IMG/VR virus record: IMGVR_UViG_3300028599_000001
Location: 1 to 40,048 of that record
DNA length: 40,048 nt
Source: a virus
Reading direction: 5' to 3' (one strand)
Shown here: one piece after another, positions 1 through 8,009 of the stretch
Layout of the letters: each line of letters opens with the position of its first letter
Position numbering within the stretch: position 1 is the stretch's first letter
Position numbers and translations under genes: made by a program
The notes under the pieces: generated by a model
Seen by the model: the letters and a program-made list of their open reading frames with translations, nothing else
Told to the model about the DNA's origin: nothing
Databases searched by the model: none

Positions 1-127
1 CCTAAAGCACCCAGGCGTATTACGCCGTGATCTGAACACCCTTGGTCATGAAAATAAGTATCTATCTGATCGAGTTACTGTGCTGGAAAAGCAGCTCAAA
101 TTATTATTGGTGCATCTTTCACTGGAA
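1..127. repeat. Terminal direct repeat, identical to 39922-40048 (circular-assembly overlap or terminal redundancy)
   Basis: Read directly: 'cctaaagcacccaggcg...catctttcactggaa' occurs at both window ends, 127/127 identical. Confidence 0.97.
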
Positions 128-184
128 CTTGAATATGTGGAGCCTACATACGGCACATATAAGATAGTGAAATTGGTTAAATAA
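2..184 (+). CDS. 3' part of the same junction-spanning ORF (2-127 duplicate 39923-40048)
   Basis: Open frame from position 2 to TAA 182-184, continuous with the ORF starting at 39893. Confidence 0.5.
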   Translation, partial: LKHPGVLRRDLNTLGHENKYLSDRVTVLEKQLKLLLVHLSLELEYVEPTYGTYKIVKLVK

Positions 185-189
185 ATAGC

Positions 190-441
190 ATGAACACAGA
201 CGAAGGCCACCAACAGGAACTAGAGGAACAGGAGGAAATAGCACTTGATCCTGAGATCAGGGGTCAATTTGAACGATTTATGGAGAAACAACGCAAGGAA
301 AGCTTACGTACCAACCAACTCGTAACCAAACTTGAACAAGACTGGTCACGAACTCAAACACGATTTAAAAAGGAGCTAAGCAATGCCAAAAGTCAACGAT
401 ATGATCCCGAGCAAATTCTTGAAAAAAGAGGATGTGGGTAA
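190..441 (+). CDS. Hypothetical acidic/charged protein (83 aa)
   Basis: ORF track. No clear RBS. Overlaps the next gene by 59 nt. Confidence 0.35.
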   Translation: MNTDEGHQQELEEQEEIALDPEIRGQFERFMEKQRKESLRTNQLVTKLEQDWSRTQTRFKKELSNAKSQRYDPEQILEKRGCG

Positions 442-769
442 CGGGAAACTGGTCACGGTCAAAGCCATCGAGCAAGAAAACGTGGCCATGGACAACCAAC
501 CCGCTGACATGAAATACACCCTTGTCTTCAATGAGCTGAAAAAGCCATTGGTCTTGAACTCGACCAACATCCAATTGGCAGCCAGTATCTTTGCTTCACA
601 AGACACGGATGATTGGATGGGCAAACCATTAGTTTTATATGTCGATCCCAATGTGTCTTTCGGTGGGCAAGTGGTGGGTGGAATTCGGGTCAGAGCGCCT
701 AAGCCTGGTGCACAAATGCCGGAAACTGTCACAACAGAAGACCATTTTGACGACGATATCCCATTCTAA
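383..769 (+). CDS. Phage ssDNA-binding-like protein with an E. coli SSB-type C-terminal tip (..FDDDIPF)
   Basis: AAGGAG 7 nt upstream of the ATG. Beta-rich body, Pro/Gly linker and a terminal acidic DDDIPF motif matching the SSB-Ct. Confidence 0.65.
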   Translation: MPKVNDMIPSKFLKKEDVGNGKLVTVKAIEQENVAMDNQPADMKYTLVFNELKKPLVLNSTNIQLAASIFASQDTDDWMGKPLVLYVDPNVSFGGQVVGGIRVRAPKPGAQMPETVTTEDHFDDDIPF

Positions 770-814
770 TTACTGGCGGGGTAGTTAATCAACTGCCCCG
801 CTAAAGGAAATGAC

Positions 815-1495
815 ATGAATCTATTTTTTGATATTGAGACTATTCCTACACAACGCCAAGAATTTATTGATGCTATCGCTGACAGTGTCACTCCTCCAGG
901 CAATATCAGTAAGGCCGAAACTATTGCCAAATGGGAAGAAGAAAAGAAACCTGCATTAGTCGAAGAAGCGTATCGCAAAACATCCTTAAATGGTATGTAT
1001 GCGGAAATTATCTCAATGGCATGGGCTATTGATGACAATGAACCAAAAGGCATTTATCGCACTCTTGAGCAATCAGAGAAAGAATTGCTAGAACAGTTCT
1101 TTTCTATCTTGGGGAAAGAGTTAAAACCAGAACCAGGCAACTTTCGCCGCCCTACATGGACAGGACATAATATTATTGATTTTGACCTGCGTTTACTGTG
1201 GCAGCGCTGTCTTGTTAATCAAGTGCAACCCACAATCAAAATCCCCTATGACAGCAAGCCTTGGGGTGATGAAGTTTTTGACACAATGAAACAATGGTGT
1301 GGGTTTGGGCAACGTATCAGTCAAGATAAACTAGGAAAAGCCTTATTCTTACCAGGCAAAGGCGATATGGATGGATCAAAAGTATGGGATTATATCCAAG
1401 CTGGGAAATACACAGAAGTTTTTGAATACAACAAACAAGATATTATTGATGTCCGGGGAATATATCGATACATGACATTTCAGGCTAAGGTGTAA
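815..1495 (+). CDS. DnaQ/PolB-exonuclease-like DEDDy 3'-5' exonuclease
   Basis: ExoI FDIET at the N-terminus, ExoII HNIIDFD, ExoIII YNKQDIID. Confidence 0.8.
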   Translation: MNLFFDIETIPTQRQEFIDAIADSVTPPGNISKAETIAKWEEEKKPALVEEAYRKTSLNGMYAEIISMAWAIDDNEPKGIYRTLEQSEKELLEQFFSILGKELKPEPGNFRRPTWTGHNIIDFDLRLLWQRCLVNQVQPTIKIPYDSKPWGDEVFDTMKQWCGFGQRISQDKLGKALFLPGKGDMDGSKVWDYIQAGKYTEVFEYNKQDIIDVRGIYRYMTFQAKV

Positions 1496-1527
1496 CGACT
1501 ATGGGCATTAGTACTTAGGAGAGAGAT

Positions 1528-1731
1528 ATGGCCTTTTCAATGCAAGCATTAGAGTATGTAAAAAACACTGCCGGCAACGCTACCGTGAAGCATTTTGAAG
1601 AAGATTTTGAACCTATCGGTGGCTTGATGTGGTCTGATTTAGTCGAATCAAATCTAGCATTTGAAGGTGAGGATGGATATGTCCGATTGACAGACGCAGG
1701 CAGGAAAATGCTACAGGGACTCCCCCAATGA
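1528..1731 (+). CDS. Hypothetical protein (67 aa)
   Basis: GGAGAG upstream. ATGA overlap with the next gene. Confidence 0.5.
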   Translation: MAFSMQALEYVKNTAGNATVKHFEEDFEPIGGLMWSDLVESNLAFEGEDGYVRLTDAGRKMLQGLPQ

Positions 1732-2165
1732 CCAATAAACTCTCACATGATGAGATAAGGGCGCTACCCGATCGCATAGAAAGGGAAATTAAGCCAATAC
1801 CCATGTGTCGTGACTGCGCAGACAATAATGGGCGCTGTCCTTATTCTGGCGAGCTGTGTGATTCTAAAGAGCGCGCCAAGGAATTATCCAATGGTGTGCG
1901 TCAACTCCTCACCGAAATCGAACAACTCAAACAGGAAAATAAAATAAAAGCGGATGCTGGCGCTGGGCTAGTAAAAACAGCAAAAGCATTGTTGAAGGAA
2001 AATGAACAACTCAAACAGGAAAAGGCGGAGCAGATAGAGGCGGCTTATAAAGAAGGTAGACGAGAAGATTTAGACTATGATGATTATTCGGAAAAAGATA
2101 TTGATGAGTTTTGGCAATCCTCCCAAGCCTACAGGTCAGTGTACGGGAGTAGTGTTGATGATTAG
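1728..2165 (+). CDS. Hypothetical Cys-motif plus coiled-coil protein (145 aa)
   Basis: CRDCADNNGRCPYSGELC motif. Two EQLKQE heptad segments are encoded by an exact 20-nt direct repeat (1920-1939, 2004-2023). Confidence 0.55.
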   Translation: MTNKLSHDEIRALPDRIEREIKPIPMCRDCADNNGRCPYSGELCDSKERAKELSNGVRQLLTEIEQLKQENKIKADAGAGLVKTAKALLKENEQLKQEKAEQIEAAYKEGRREDLDYDDYSEKDIDEFWQSSQAYRSVYGSSVDD

Positions 2166-2193
2166 ATACTTCATATTGGGCTAGGAGCAAACC

Positions 2194-2631
2194 ATGACCA
2201 CTAAAGCCGAACGCCTCCGCGCACTCAAGAAAACCCTGGACGACCTCCTGCCCGAGCCCCTGGAGTCCGATGCCCGGATTCTATTATGGCAGTTTATCCA
2301 GGTATTCAAGGCCAAGAAACGCTATGACAAGACAAACAAGTGGTATAAGAAAGCCTGGTATGCCGCAGTGTTTGGGCCTATGGCAGTGGTGGGCTATGTC
2401 CGGGATGTGCGAGTCAATAGCACAGCGGGCAAGTTGTTGTTCGGGGAGTTTGCCAAGTTTGGGACGTTGACGGCGACATTAAAAAGGGTCATAAAACACG
2501 GCCTTGGCGAGCCAGCAACCTACTATAACGGGCTGCCTATAACATATATTGATCAAGATAGAGCAGATCGCTACAACCTCGCTATACAGATATGTGAAGT
2601 CCTTAATGATTGGGATGAAGGGCATTGCTGA
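2194..2631 (+). CDS. Hypothetical protein (145 aa)
   Basis: AGGAG upstream. Stop overlaps the next start (TGATG). Confidence 0.55.
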   Translation: MTTKAERLRALKKTLDDLLPEPLESDARILLWQFIQVFKAKKRYDKTNKWYKKAWYAAVFGPMAVVGYVRDVRVNSTAGKLLFGEFAKFGTLTATLKRVIKHGLGEPATYYNGLPITYIDQDRADRYNLAIQICEVLNDWDEGHC

Positions 2632-2813
2632 TGACTGAAACGACAGAGCATATCTGCACAAGAGCTGATCCATACGATCCAGGCAAGCACAAGGGCCTGC
2701 ATATTGTGCATCCTGATGTTGATGTCGTGGCGATTGATGGCAGTTCCGGCTGGGATGAGCATTTAAAATGCCCGTGGTGCGGTGTTGACTGGTGGGAGGA
2801 ATGCGATGACTGA
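2631..2813 (+). CDS. Small Cys-containing protein (60 aa), paralog of the next gene
   Basis: ATG 2631 overlaps the preceding TGA. N-terminus is MTETTEH..DPYDPGKHKG. Confidence 0.55.
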   Translation: MTETTEHICTRADPYDPGKHKGLHIVHPDVDVVAIDGSSGWDEHLKCPWCGVDWWEECDD

Positions 2814-3036
2814 ACCGACAGAGCTATTGCCCTATGAAGACCCAAAGCATAAAGGGAATAGCGCAGAATATCACACAGGGGAATTGTGCGTTGAACCTGA
2901 TTGCGAGCAGCCAGCGGGGACAGCATGGAGCCCTTTGTGGTGTTTTGTTCATAATGCACAAAGAATCAAAAGAATTAGCAGGCAATTAGATGAATTTATA
3001 GAAAACCGCAAGCGTAGCCTGGAACAAGAGGACTAA
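2806..3036 (+). CDS. Small Cys-containing protein (76 aa), paralog of the previous gene
   Basis: GGGAGG 6 nt upstream of ATG 2806. N-terminus is MTEPTE..PYEDPKHKG. Confidence 0.55.
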   Translation: MTEPTELLPYEDPKHKGNSAEYHTGELCVEPDCEQPAGTAWSPLWCFVHNAQRIKRISRQLDEFIENRKRSLEQED

Positions 3037-3130
3037 ACCATGAGCAAAGGGGGAAATTTATCCTTGTAAACCAGATATTTTTGATCAGACCTATGAATTA
3101 GTGGACTAACTGGACAACGAGGGATCAATA

Positions 3131-3415
3131 GTGAGTGACAAGATTATAAATTTCCCGGATTTAAATAAAGAACTTAAAGAAACAAATTATTCTACAAGTC
3201 GAGATGGAACAGGAATAGGTGTAATTACAAGCAGAATGACCCTTGAAAAAGTAAACAAAATAATGGCGGGGCTAAGAATAATCAAAGCCATTGTAGATGA
3301 GCAGGCCGAAGATGCAGGCCTGTGGTTTCTGGATGAAACAGCATCGGAGGCCTATTTACAAATGGAATTGCGACGGTTACATGCGGCCATTGAGGCCTTG
3401 GAGGATGAATACTGA
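3131..3415 (+). CDS. Hypothetical protein (94 aa, GTG start)
   Basis: GAGGG 7 nt upstream of GTG 3131. Last gene of the plus-strand block. Confidence 0.5.
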   Translation: MSDKIINFPDLNKELKETNYSTSRDGTGIGVITSRMTLEKVNKIMAGLRIIKAIVDEQAEDAGLWFLDETASEAYLQMELRRLHAAIEALEDEY

Positions 3416-3428
3416 CGGTCATGTCAGT
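3411..3428. terminator. Hairpin at the convergence point of the plus and minus operons
   Basis: actgac/gtcagt 6-bp stem with a 6-nt loop. Only a weak T/A run follows. Confidence 0.3.
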
Positions 3429-3446
3429 CGGCTGGGTTTAAAACAA

Positions 3447-3674
3447 TTAGTGAGTCGTCTTAATGATCATTTCCAGGGTTTCGATGCGACGCTGGCGAGT
3501 CGTCTCTCTTCGAACAAGGACTTCGAAGATCTCATTATCCCATGCTTTTAAACGGGTTTCCTGTTCCTCGGTCAACGTAGGAAGTGTAAGGGAAGGAGGA
3601 AGCGGTAACTCAGGCTGTATCGGGACCGCACAGCCACTAATCAAAATAGCGGCGAGCAGGATCAATCTTTTCAT
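3447..3674 (-). CDS. o-spanin (outer-membrane lipoprotein spanin subunit)
   Basis: Signal peptide with lipobox LISGC, Pro-rich mature N-terminus, overlaps the i-spanin gene by 38 nt. Confidence 0.7.
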   Translation of the reverse strand: MKRLILLAAILISGCAVPIQPELPLPPSLTLPTLTEEQETRLKAWDNEIFEVLVRRETTRQRRIETLEMIIKTTH

Positions 3675-3879
3675 ATTCGGCCTTCTCCTCGGCTGTCAGG
3701 CCTTCTAACAGGGCATCAGTTCCCGCTTTCTCCCGCTGTCTCGTCTTCTCTGAGGCCTTGTTTTTCTGGGCTAACCTACCGGAGCGCTTTCCAGAGAAGT
3801 ACGTCCCTATAGCCCCTAATACGAGTAAAAGCGCACCGATGGTATAGGTGTAGAGTTTACTTGACACCAGCGATAGCAT
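3637..3879 (-). CDS. i-spanin (inner-membrane spanin subunit)
   Basis: N-terminal TM (YTIGALLLVLGAIGTYF) followed by a charged helical region. Sits between the holin and o-spanin genes. Confidence 0.65.
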   Translation of the reverse strand: MLSLVSSKLYTYTIGALLLVLGAIGTYFSGKRSGRLAQKNKASEKTRQREKAGTDALLEGLTAEEKAEYEKIDPARRYFD

Positions 3880-4039
3880 CCCGGATAAAGAGTAGGGATA
3901 ACCCTAACATGAACGACTCTGCCGCAGCAGCGGGGTCCGCTGTCTCAGTGAGATAACCGGCAATGGCCCCAGCCATCATGGCGATGCCCGTCCAGTTGGT
4001 CTTGCTGTGGAAAAATTCACTCAGATTTTGCTTAAACAT
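3857..4039 (-). CDS. Holin-like small membrane protein (60 aa, two hydrophobic segments)
   Basis: WTGIAMMAGAIAGYL and FMLGLSLLFI segments. Directly upstream of the spanins. Confidence 0.6.
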   Translation of the reverse strand: MFKQNLSEFFHSKTNWTGIAMMAGAIAGYLTETADPAAAAESFMLGLSLLFIRDAIAGVK

Positions 4040-4048
4040 CAGTAGCTC

Positions 4049-5635
4049 CTATAACCAGGTCAACGCGCCGCCCTGTTGAATCCAGCTAGCGCCGTTATAA
4101 ACAAAGGTTGTTGAGGCTTCTTGATCAGACGTGCCCGCACCGTCAGCGGCTTTTTTGTATATTGCATTCCACGTAAATGAGCGCCCGCCGGTTGAATCCT
4201 GCAAACCGTTGACTGTCATTCGCTGCCCCTTGATAGGGTTCACGGGGGCGTTCATGGTGATATCACCAGTCATCTCACCGATATTGATAATCTCGCCATA
4301 ATGGGGGTTGGGCGTGATGCTCGCGGCATACGCAACATCTTGGTTCAGTCCATTGTTGACCCATGTTAAATTAAACGTTCCACCACCAATCAAAAAAGAG
4401 TACCCAGGAGGAACAGACGCATTGGTAATGGTTAAATTGACCGTTCCAGTTAATAGAGCATATATTAAATATTTATTTGTTGCCGTTATGCTCGGGTCAA
4501 CGTCCCAGGTACACCCATGCAATCTAACATTAACTGTAACCCCGAGCGGTGCTGCCACTTTAATTAAGCTAATATCTGATAGAGCAGCGGAATCCCCAAT
4601 AGGCTTTACTAAAAAATTACCATTATTAAAAATTCCAGTTTCTTCTGTAGATCCATCGACACCAGACCCTTGAAAAATAAACTCCGCTTTGCTTTTATGG
4701 CTTAAACAGATAAAGGTGGAACCGGTATAGGACGCTTTCCCAGCACAAATGGCTTGACTGGTTGGTTCGGCCGATACCGATGCGGAGCCGTTTCTTGATT
4801 CAATGGTTAAATTATGTCCTTCAATAAAATCCTTTACATTATTAGCAAAAGTTAACACATGGTTTTCGCCACTAAAACGGGAATCTTTAATGATTAAGCC
4901 AGCGGCATGTTTTAGGAAAGGACCATCAAACCCCTCCCCCCTTTCATGATTCATATTATAAATACGTTGCAAGTAAACAGGCGATGTATAGGCGCTGGTA
5001 GCAGGTGTGTCTAAAACACTAGCACCATCCCTCGCTGTTCTAAAATTATCCAATTCGATAATGCCTGAATTGATATCAATTTCGATTTGCCCATTGAACG
5101 CGTCTTGTCCCGTTAATCGAATGCATAAACTGTCTGTGACTATCGAGGCGTCGTCTGCATTATCGGGGTCGATGTTTTTTAATGTTCTGATAATCGGTCT
5201 GGCTATTTTAACGGTACTTGTCGCGAGCGTTTCCTTTGCTGTGATCTTTAAAATAAGACGGGTGTTTAACGTATCCATCCATTGGATGGGATACCACTTA
5301 CGTTGGTTTAAGTTAGACTCAGTGCCAACACTGACAAACATATTGCTTGTCGCGATTTTAGTAATATCAACCGCATTGATGTTTGCGCTTAACGTCACGT
5401 AAGTGCTGCCACTGGTTTTAGAGGCGGTTAGTTCTGCCATTCTTGTAGTAAAGACTTCCTCCCATTGAGGAAGGGTGGCAATATAGTTTAGTGCTTCTTG
5501 CCAAGTCTGCGCCCCACCAGCGGATCCTACACTGATTTTGTCCCCAAGCTCGCCACCCGATAAACTATAGAGATCGTCTAGGTTGTCGATAAGGTTCTGT
5601 TTGCTTAATCCATCATATAATGGTCTACGAGGCAT
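4049..5635 (-). CDS. Tail fibre/tailspike-like receptor-binding protein (528 aa)
   Basis: Large Ser/Thr/Gly/Asn-rich beta-type sequence in the tail/lysis region. ATGA-type overlap with the endolysin stop. Confidence 0.5.
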   Translation of the reverse strand: MPRRPLYDGLSKQNLIDNLDDLYSLSGGELGDKISVGSAGGAQTWQEALNYIATLPQWEEVFTTRMAELTASKTSGSTYVTLSANINAVDITKIATSNMFVSVGTESNLNQRKWYPIQWMDTLNTRLILKITAKETLATSTVKIARPIIRTLKNIDPDNADDASIVTDSLCIRLTGQDAFNGQIEIDINSGIIELDNFRTARDGASVLDTPATSAYTSPVYLQRIYNMNHERGEGFDGPFLKHAAGLIIKDSRFSGENHVLTFANNVKDFIEGHNLTIESRNGSASVSAEPTSQAICAGKASYTGSTFICLSHKSKAEFIFQGSGVDGSTEETGIFNNGNFLVKPIGDSAALSDISLIKVAAPLGVTVNVRLHGCTWDVDPSITATNKYLIYALLTGTVNLTITNASVPPGYSFLIGGGTFNLTWVNNGLNQDVAYAASITPNPHYGEIINIGEMTGDITMNAPVNPIKGQRMTVNGLQDSTGGRSFTWNAIYKKAADGAGTSDQEASTTFVYNGASWIQQGGALTWL

Positions 5636-6009
5636 TAATAACTCCAGATATTGGGGCGTGGCCCTGTTGTCAGATCATCCAGATGTAAAAACCGCTGATC
5701 GTAATTCCCCTTTTGATTCACGCCAATACCGGTAATGCCGTACGTGGTGGCCAGACAAATCAGGACGTGCGCTTTTTGGTGATGGACGGCAATGTCTATC
5801 GCTCTACCGGTGGTATGAGGTCCGGTCTGTCCGGTACTGGAGACTTTCGCGTTGTGCTCAGGGCATCGATAGCCCGAAGTCACGATAAAGGGAAAGCCTG
5901 CGGCCATGCGGATCTGAACAATTTTCTTCATGAAATCGTCGTCCATGAGCATTTTCCCACAACACTTGCATTTCAGCTCATCGAAGGAGAAATAAGGCCA
6001 GATCATCAT
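5635..6009 (-). CDS. Endolysin, peptidase M15 (zinc D-Ala-D-Ala carboxypeptidase-like) family. A longer 177-aa reading from ATG 6168 is also possible
   Basis: FSFDELKCKCCG, SGYRCPEHN, GRAIDI and HLD motifs. GGAGG lies just upstream of the ATGATG at 6009-6004. Confidence 0.8.
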   Translation of the reverse strand: MMIWPYFSFDELKCKCCGKMLMDDDFMKKIVQIRMAAGFPFIVTSGYRCPEHNAKVSSTGQTGPHTTGRAIDIAVHHQKAHVLICLATTYGITGIGVNQKGNYDQRFLHLDDLTTGPRPNIWSY

Positions 6010-6031
6010 GCCTCCATGAAAATAAGGATAA

Positions 6032-6202
6032 TCACCGGTTAAAGCCCCCGCCAGCGCCGTAGGCAGCCAGTACCAAAAGTAGCCCGACAAAACCTTTCCA
6101 CGCCAATCCCCAGATACCTTTTCCGACATTGACGTAGAATCGTCTGACCATGCGTTTTTCCAAGCCATCCACTATCCTTTCAATTTCTTTGTCAGTCAGC
6201 AT
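6032..6202 (-). CDS. Small membrane protein (56 aa, not in the ORF track), possible holin/antiholin. Out of frame with the long endolysin reading
   Basis: GAGGGG 8 nt upstream of ATG 6202. Translation is MLTDKEIERIVDGLEKRMVRRFYVNVGKGIWGLAWKGFVGLLLVLAAYGAGGGFNR, with one clean Gly/Ala-rich TM. Confidence 0.5.
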   Translation of the reverse strand: MLTDKEIERIVDGLEKRMVRRFYVNVGKGIWGLAWKGFVGLLLVLAAYGAGGGFNR

Positions 6203-6337
6203 GTCAATAACCCCTCTGGGTTATACGGGGTTAAAGGGGTCGTGCTGTACACTGGTTTCGCCATTGCCATGATCCTATGGTAGTGGTGGGTTGACCCGGC
6301 CTCCCTCTGCTTAAACAGGGGGAGCGCCGGCAATTCT

Positions 6338-7951
6338 CTATCTGTGTAGACCGTATAAGGTGAAGATGCCGTTAGTGATATTGCCAGCGGAATTTTTAAT
6401 ACGCACGTCTGTCACGTCAGAGGCGACATTAAAGACCCCACTATTCGTGCCGTCAGCAGTAGATGGTGTGCCAGCACGATAACCCGAATAAACAACAGAA
6501 AGTAACCCAGAAGCGGTTACACCAGAGACAAAATCTTTGTTGGAAATAGTAATTGTCCCGCTGTAGCAACTGAGTGTGGCAGTAAACGTCGCTGGATTTA
6601 ATATAATTTCTGAAGACGTTCCCGCCGGGATAACATAATCTGAAGCGCCGGTTTTGAAGGTAGATGCATCATCATCTGAATATCGTGCCCATAAAATCCC
6701 GTCCGATGACACACGGACCCGAGAATATTCGATAATGTATTTCTCATAATTACCGACAAGACTGATATCTATGTTTGTTGTTGCGGAAGAGATAATTGTC
6801 TCGGATAATACTTCTCTGCCTGTGCGTGTTGCCACAGCACCATAATTAATATGATGAATATTAGCAGACGCATCGGTCGTGACCTCATGCAGTTTTCTGT
6901 AATCGGTATAGCCTGTTGGAATATTCGCAGCAGTGGCTGATGTATCATATCCAGCATCTAATGAGCCATCGGAATCTTTTCTAATGATATGAAAATAATA
7001 TGTCGTATCTGCCGCGACAGTTCCCGTAAACATGCCACCTTGATCCGTTCCTTCTGCATGTGTTGCGTCGATTTGCTTAGTAAGCCCAGAGGTTAGTTTT
7101 AATATTTTTGTGTTGGTCGAATCCGCGCACTCTCCAACACCTAAATCAATATCATGGTCAGAGTCAGTCGTATTGATAGTGGCTATCAATCCATTGATAT
7201 ATTCTCTAGGCGCCCACCATACCATCCCTGAACTGCCGACATTTACCGAGGGAACTTGACCATCGTTGCCTTCTACCCCTGCTAAATCAACATCGGCCCC
7301 TAAATTCACATTTCCTGCAAAATCATGAGCCCCTGTCCAATTCAAGTCTGCACCAGTAGGAATAGAATGGTCTGTTGCAGCCAATAAACCGTAACTGACA
7401 GAGCTCAACCCCGAATCTAAAGCGCCTGAATCGAGAACTACCGTTATCGTAGTTAAAGAGGTATACGCAGAGACTGTAATTACACCGTAATCCGTCCCTC
7501 CTGAATCCAATAATTTCAATCGTCGGCCGACATGGAATAGACTGGTTTGATCCCCTACAAGGGAGAAAGAGGTGGTGCTAATGAATGTCGGCGTAGGACC
7601 GGCTACCCATTCGTCAATTGTCAACGTGGCATCGTTAATCCCGGCCAAATCTTCCCATGTTGAAATCGCCGATAAAGGGGGGTCTGAGTCTGTGGAGGGG
7701 GCTAGGACAAGATCCACGGTTATCCCGCCAGACTGCCACATGGGATAAGAAACCCCCCCAGCGTCAGCCGGTTCGCCCCTGGCATTCAAGATAATCGGGT
7801 TAGTGTGACTCGATACGCCCGCTTGGTCTTTGGTGAGTGTGGTTTTTGTCGATGTTCCCGCGAGATACGAGAATAATTTGGCCCCCACGTACGGATCGCC
7901 ATTAGCGTCAAGGAATTGGCGACCGGAAAAGGGATTGACATATTGAGTCAT
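6338..7951 (-). CDS. Tail fibre protein (537 aa)
   Basis: N-terminus NPFSGRQFLDANGDPYVGAKLFSYLAGTSTKTT resembles the conserved attachment domain of podophage fibres. Follows the ejection-protein genes. Confidence 0.6.
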   Translation of the reverse strand: MTQYVNPFSGRQFLDANGDPYVGAKLFSYLAGTSTKTTLTKDQAGVSSHTNPIILNARGEPADAGGVSYPMWQSGGITVDLVLAPSTDSDPPLSAISTWEDLAGINDATLTIDEWVAGPTPTFISTTSFSLVGDQTSLFHVGRRLKLLDSGGTDYGVITVSAYTSLTTITVVLDSGALDSGLSSVSYGLLAATDHSIPTGADLNWTGAHDFAGNVNLGADVDLAGVEGNDGQVPSVNVGSSGMVWWAPREYINGLIATINTTDSDHDIDLGVGECADSTNTKILKLTSGLTKQIDATHAEGTDQGGMFTGTVAADTTYYFHIIRKDSDGSLDAGYDTSATAANIPTGYTDYRKLHEVTTDASANIHHINYGAVATRTGREVLSETIISSATTNIDISLVGNYEKYIIEYSRVRVSSDGILWARYSDDDASTFKTGASDYVIPAGTSSEIILNPATFTATLSCYSGTITISNKDFVSGVTASGLLSVVYSGYRAGTPSTADGTNSGVFNVASDVTDVRIKNSAGNITNGIFTLYGLHR

Positions 7952-8009
7952 TCGTGTACCTCTGCTATACTAAGGGTATGGGAACACTTCTATTCATTAT
8001 TGTGCTGTT

